Shown: positions 63,501 to 64,000 of the stretch, in pieces | Numbering within the stretch: the first letter of the stretch is position 1 | How the letters are laid out: each line of letters begins with the position of its first letter | Assembly (NCBI GenBank): GCA_040765985.1 | Contig: JAXGRK010000002.1 | Location: 9,940-73,939, forward strand | Direction of reading: 5' to 3' | DNA: 64,000 nt | From: Candidatus Dojkabacteria bacterium | GTDB lineage: Bacteria > Patescibacteriota > Dojkabacteria > SC72 | Notes under the pieces: generated by a model | What the model saw: only the letters and a program-made list of their open reading frames with translations | The model's database searches: none | What the model was told of the DNA's origin: nothing | Program-made: the position numbers and the translations under genes

Positions 63501-64000
63501 ACTCAATCTTATGTGCATTAATTGTAATTGGTTTAAGTTCAATGTTTGCGAAATTAACAATCTCTTTCTCTGCAGGTGTCACTGTAAAGTTCTGACATAT
63601 ATCAGAGACATTTTCCCAACCACTTTGTAAGGTTTCCATTACAGAGTAATCACCAGGTATTATTGAATTAAAAGTAATATCTCCTGAGCTATTAGTAACT
63701 CCTTGCATGTAAGGATCTCCTTGACAATCATTACCATTGTACAAAGACATTTCCCAACCACTTAGATTTGGTTCTGCTGGAATTTGTTCTTTATCTTCAT
63801 CTAAATCATGATATTTATGTGCAGTAACTGATCCAAATATTTCATTTGTATATATACATTTTACTGTCTCACCAGCTTCAACATTGAATGTTGTAGTTCC
63901 TGTAGATATGTCATATGTTGAGTCGATATCATCACAAGCAATATCTGTTAATCTATATCCTGATGTAGAGAATGGACTCTCAGATACAGTATATGTTCCA
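57550..64000 (-). CDS. Giant cell-surface protein (>2,150 aa; N-terminus beyond the window end) with DUF11-like and Cna-B/SdrD-B-like repeat domains, an LPRTG sortase sorting signal about 290 aa before the C-terminus, then a second signal-peptide-like segment, Fn3-like region, acidic linker and C-terminal TM
   Basis: Continuous 6.2 kb frame. The frame stays open upstream of the track Met to position 64000. Beta-sandwich repeat motifs (GPDYAINGENITYEYEVTNKGN; DINGDG...GEYTVCEELQDGWVQTYP). LPRTG (nt about 58570-58584) is followed by a hydrophobic stretch and NPKKRIK. Then comes IKNLFIAGVVLFSMFFILKPLPTYA|SVAD (signal-peptide-like), and the protein ends ...YVIIAAAVVVLGSAGYSYVRRKK*. Confidence 0.8.
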   Translation of the reverse strand, partial: GTYTVSESPFSTSGYRLTDIACDDIDSTYDISTGTTTFNVEAGETVKCIYTNEIFGSVTAHKYHDLDEDKEQIPAEPNLSGWEMSLYNGNDCQGDPYMQGVTNSSGDITFNSIIPGDYSVMETLQSGWENVSDICQNFTVTPAEKEIVNFANIELKPITINAHKIECTNELELPNWGNGGDNIDENTALNWVKNHSSCSFKQGHSFQWGNEGPSSMNPGDNTGETTDTRWHTFGATDTNGLATIEIANKDIEGFNSIWMREVWNSDYIPFTYNIEGGNNSNNVTAEIYCHTDVLNYDNLDRIDGIENGETYYCVAWNVEANPEIEVEKSGPDYAINGENITYEYEVTNKGNVPLSNISVVDDKCNPVVYQSGDDGDNILENGEEWKYQCTTNILWTFPDSFTNEAAATGSFYDEETTDSDEFTLYPFTLRKDVLLYWDGDKIDYSDPETEFTVDIKKGDEVLGTETITESLPINLWLSEGSYKFCEKDLPEGYIQGYECIDYTTGQRYPDWSQINVITFDLAIDKIAPSVAYKGETITYEYEVKNGGPANVTPMVKDDLCTPVEYDSGDINMDGKIDSNETWKFTCDYKVTESGGSEVTNIAEVYDIEGESWNYDEWYLGGDRDIENNTDTETVKVKAGSIRVCKVALTPDGKITDGSELPGYEFSVKGLDVTTSQGAPVGVLPETSYSTPLDLNTDVYSSSEGNDLYCKTYSDLPIGHFYYSQETYSSPWNIPRYNDSNLNLNQAIDYSGQLFDEDPSNDGQRNTIGDGDILLTTSRADRTLLVVNQYPYSSIQGRKYYDVNINGNFDKEEKINKNKLDNWTINLYNQEWDVLGTMKTGDDTTDVGNVEKGQYRFENLLPGTYYVCEQPQEGWYQTEPYSGVQNPQDNSFCHTVVLGASEDKVGVQFGNYQGSDVKICKKNHNNKSLSGWDMVLASDKVDGPTALNVSNNSGSNSSNLPAGTYLIKVSGTYRYGNSQMIADAGYSFRPIGIPYGTGGWVSGLDLPSKGLMALINGSSVNWGAYNSSHEYTYVYDHLGGPINVSIYDDYYADNVNKDFRFEVYKVNEWAKGSTERNGCTTLEAIPYGEYILDEYLKEGWIDISGKGTPVVVDEMEENFTIKNRVNQPVTIEAMKVVCDNESYLPNWGRKGPAKITSNTAQNWVDESEGHCRLEPTWEFEWGYQGAGNPGDEYIGYGGEDWNTFSAVGEEGIAIAKINNLKGSRIELREVLQENYIPFTYNNNNNSDDFSAEFYCDKDVANYDNWEWLNRPEYGQTYYCVAFNTQSTGDIHGYKWSDINGDGERNCIGEEMYDDVRSLAQNRAMEQCELEPLLGNWKIFIDENENSQFDEGERYMLTDNEDHLGWYWFEDLKLGEYTVCEELQDGWVQTYPINEGNNCHTITLPDENPKGFLDQVNAVEGPTYKFGNLQKGSITVYKFNDLNANGVLDEGESFLSDWEINISKIEEEGYSQITDIDGSTKFSLLPDSYVLSESMKDGWDQTGIYCEDDREGVLITSPREAYGHHGACSGWNGCGDAQTCAQWACEVNGYSNLVSFGEQKTCPEFSDCNLFNSRGSIDMNWDNRPGCPVMGVTDIYCSNGAEVDRAISSPILENGIYNNNAYNLEVSSGDNRSCYIGNVQKSELYISKTNDSWPNTLAIGDTVTYTIKVRAEKSSVNNVILIDLPPEGFIPQSGTFRAISNVRGILDISAVKYSSPGKWELGKILVGEIVTITYKALVTDLVDAGKYPDLAYAKGIGIMGSNLLAISEGSGFEINDGIVGKYFVGTQVKVENDPEIEEGEVLGAAITLPRTGADTYITLGALISMILGFILLVFNPKKRIKNLFIAGVVLFSMFFILKPLPTYASVADIDVRIEQPVTPTNKNTFKIGFVALDLQNRTVTVECYKDGILFGTYATNSGNCEVTPALVTTSGTYDFYVKAKAGGDENISSTVSVEVVLEKPLPVINYAKTEGTCKYTLSFKTANDGRTSKVEIFRSSTQPFTANASTLIDTLTVGPNTAVTYADDDPLDCTKEYYYAIRALDDLGNFSSFVTDNIVTVIQGTTATTVTVNGETGEVAGEETTAGEEGEENPDQEEEDNGEVKGDEDEENGEDKDGEEDDTDETFWNKYKYVIIAAAVVVLGSAGYSYVRRKK

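Noticed and set aside
1-64000. CRISPR arrays, rRNA genes, tRNA genes, IS elements or integrases.
   Set aside because: No direct-repeat/spacer periodicity, no rRNA-like conserved stretches, no tRNA-like GTTC or TTCGA arm motifs in the intergenic spacers, and no transposase or integrase motifs were seen by eye. A covariance-model scan (tRNAscan, Infernal) would be needed to be sure about small RNAs.

Overview
This 64 kb window comes from a low-GC (roughly 30% GC) bacterium. The gene content (short AlaRS without a C-Ala domain, a sortase, type IV secretion-like genes, many very large surface proteins) fits a CPR/Patescibacteria-like Gram-positive-type cell, but that is inference only.

Describe: the window is mostly housekeeping genes. 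On the minus strand there is an S10-operon segment (rplV' to rpsJ) preceded by tuf and fusA, then a TPR lipoprotein, a UvrD/PcrA helicase, pnp-rpsO-infB, a Lon-like AAA+ protein, sufS, dcd, thyX, glyA and folD. On the plus strand there are an RpfB-like protein, rsmE, an rsmB-family gene, alaS-ruvX-mltG, an LCP protein, holA, rpsT, lepA and recF. No rRNA, tRNA, CRISPR or obvious mobile element was seen by eye.

Hunt, three things stand out. (1) A roughly 4.1 kb block (about 26.6 to 30.7 kb) has no intact ORF but carries clearly recognisable, multiply disrupted remnants of the infB 5' half, nusA, dnaJ and the 5' part of a solute-binding protein gene. Its edges fall in mid-gene and both flanks are intact. 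(2) Elsewhere there are at least 25 single-base frame breaks, mostly at short A-runs, several in essential genes (rplC, rpsT, pnp). They cluster regionally and look more like homopolymer indel errors than biology, so every pseudogene-like call here needs read-level confirmation. (3) Candidate envelope machinery. There is a PrgI/VirB3-like gene plus a VirB4-family ATPase at 46.2 to 50.0 kb. A separate 11.3 to 21 kb cluster holds cell-wall hydrolases (an amidase_2-SH3b protein and a roughly 870 aa M23-peptidase fusion), a VirB6-like polytopic membrane protein and bitopic/Fn3/Cys-rich secreted proteins. A giant surface adhesin of more than 2,150 aa carries an internal LPRTG sorting signal next to a sortase gene. 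I regard the T4SS-like pair plus the hydrolase/VirB6-like cluster, and the adhesin-sortase locus, as the most plausible interesting systems. The degraded block is the most anomalous signal but is most simply an assembly artefact. The ORF track uses non-ATG starts, so its initial Met residues are unreliable; many plus-strand track ORFs antisense to minus-strand genes are shadows.
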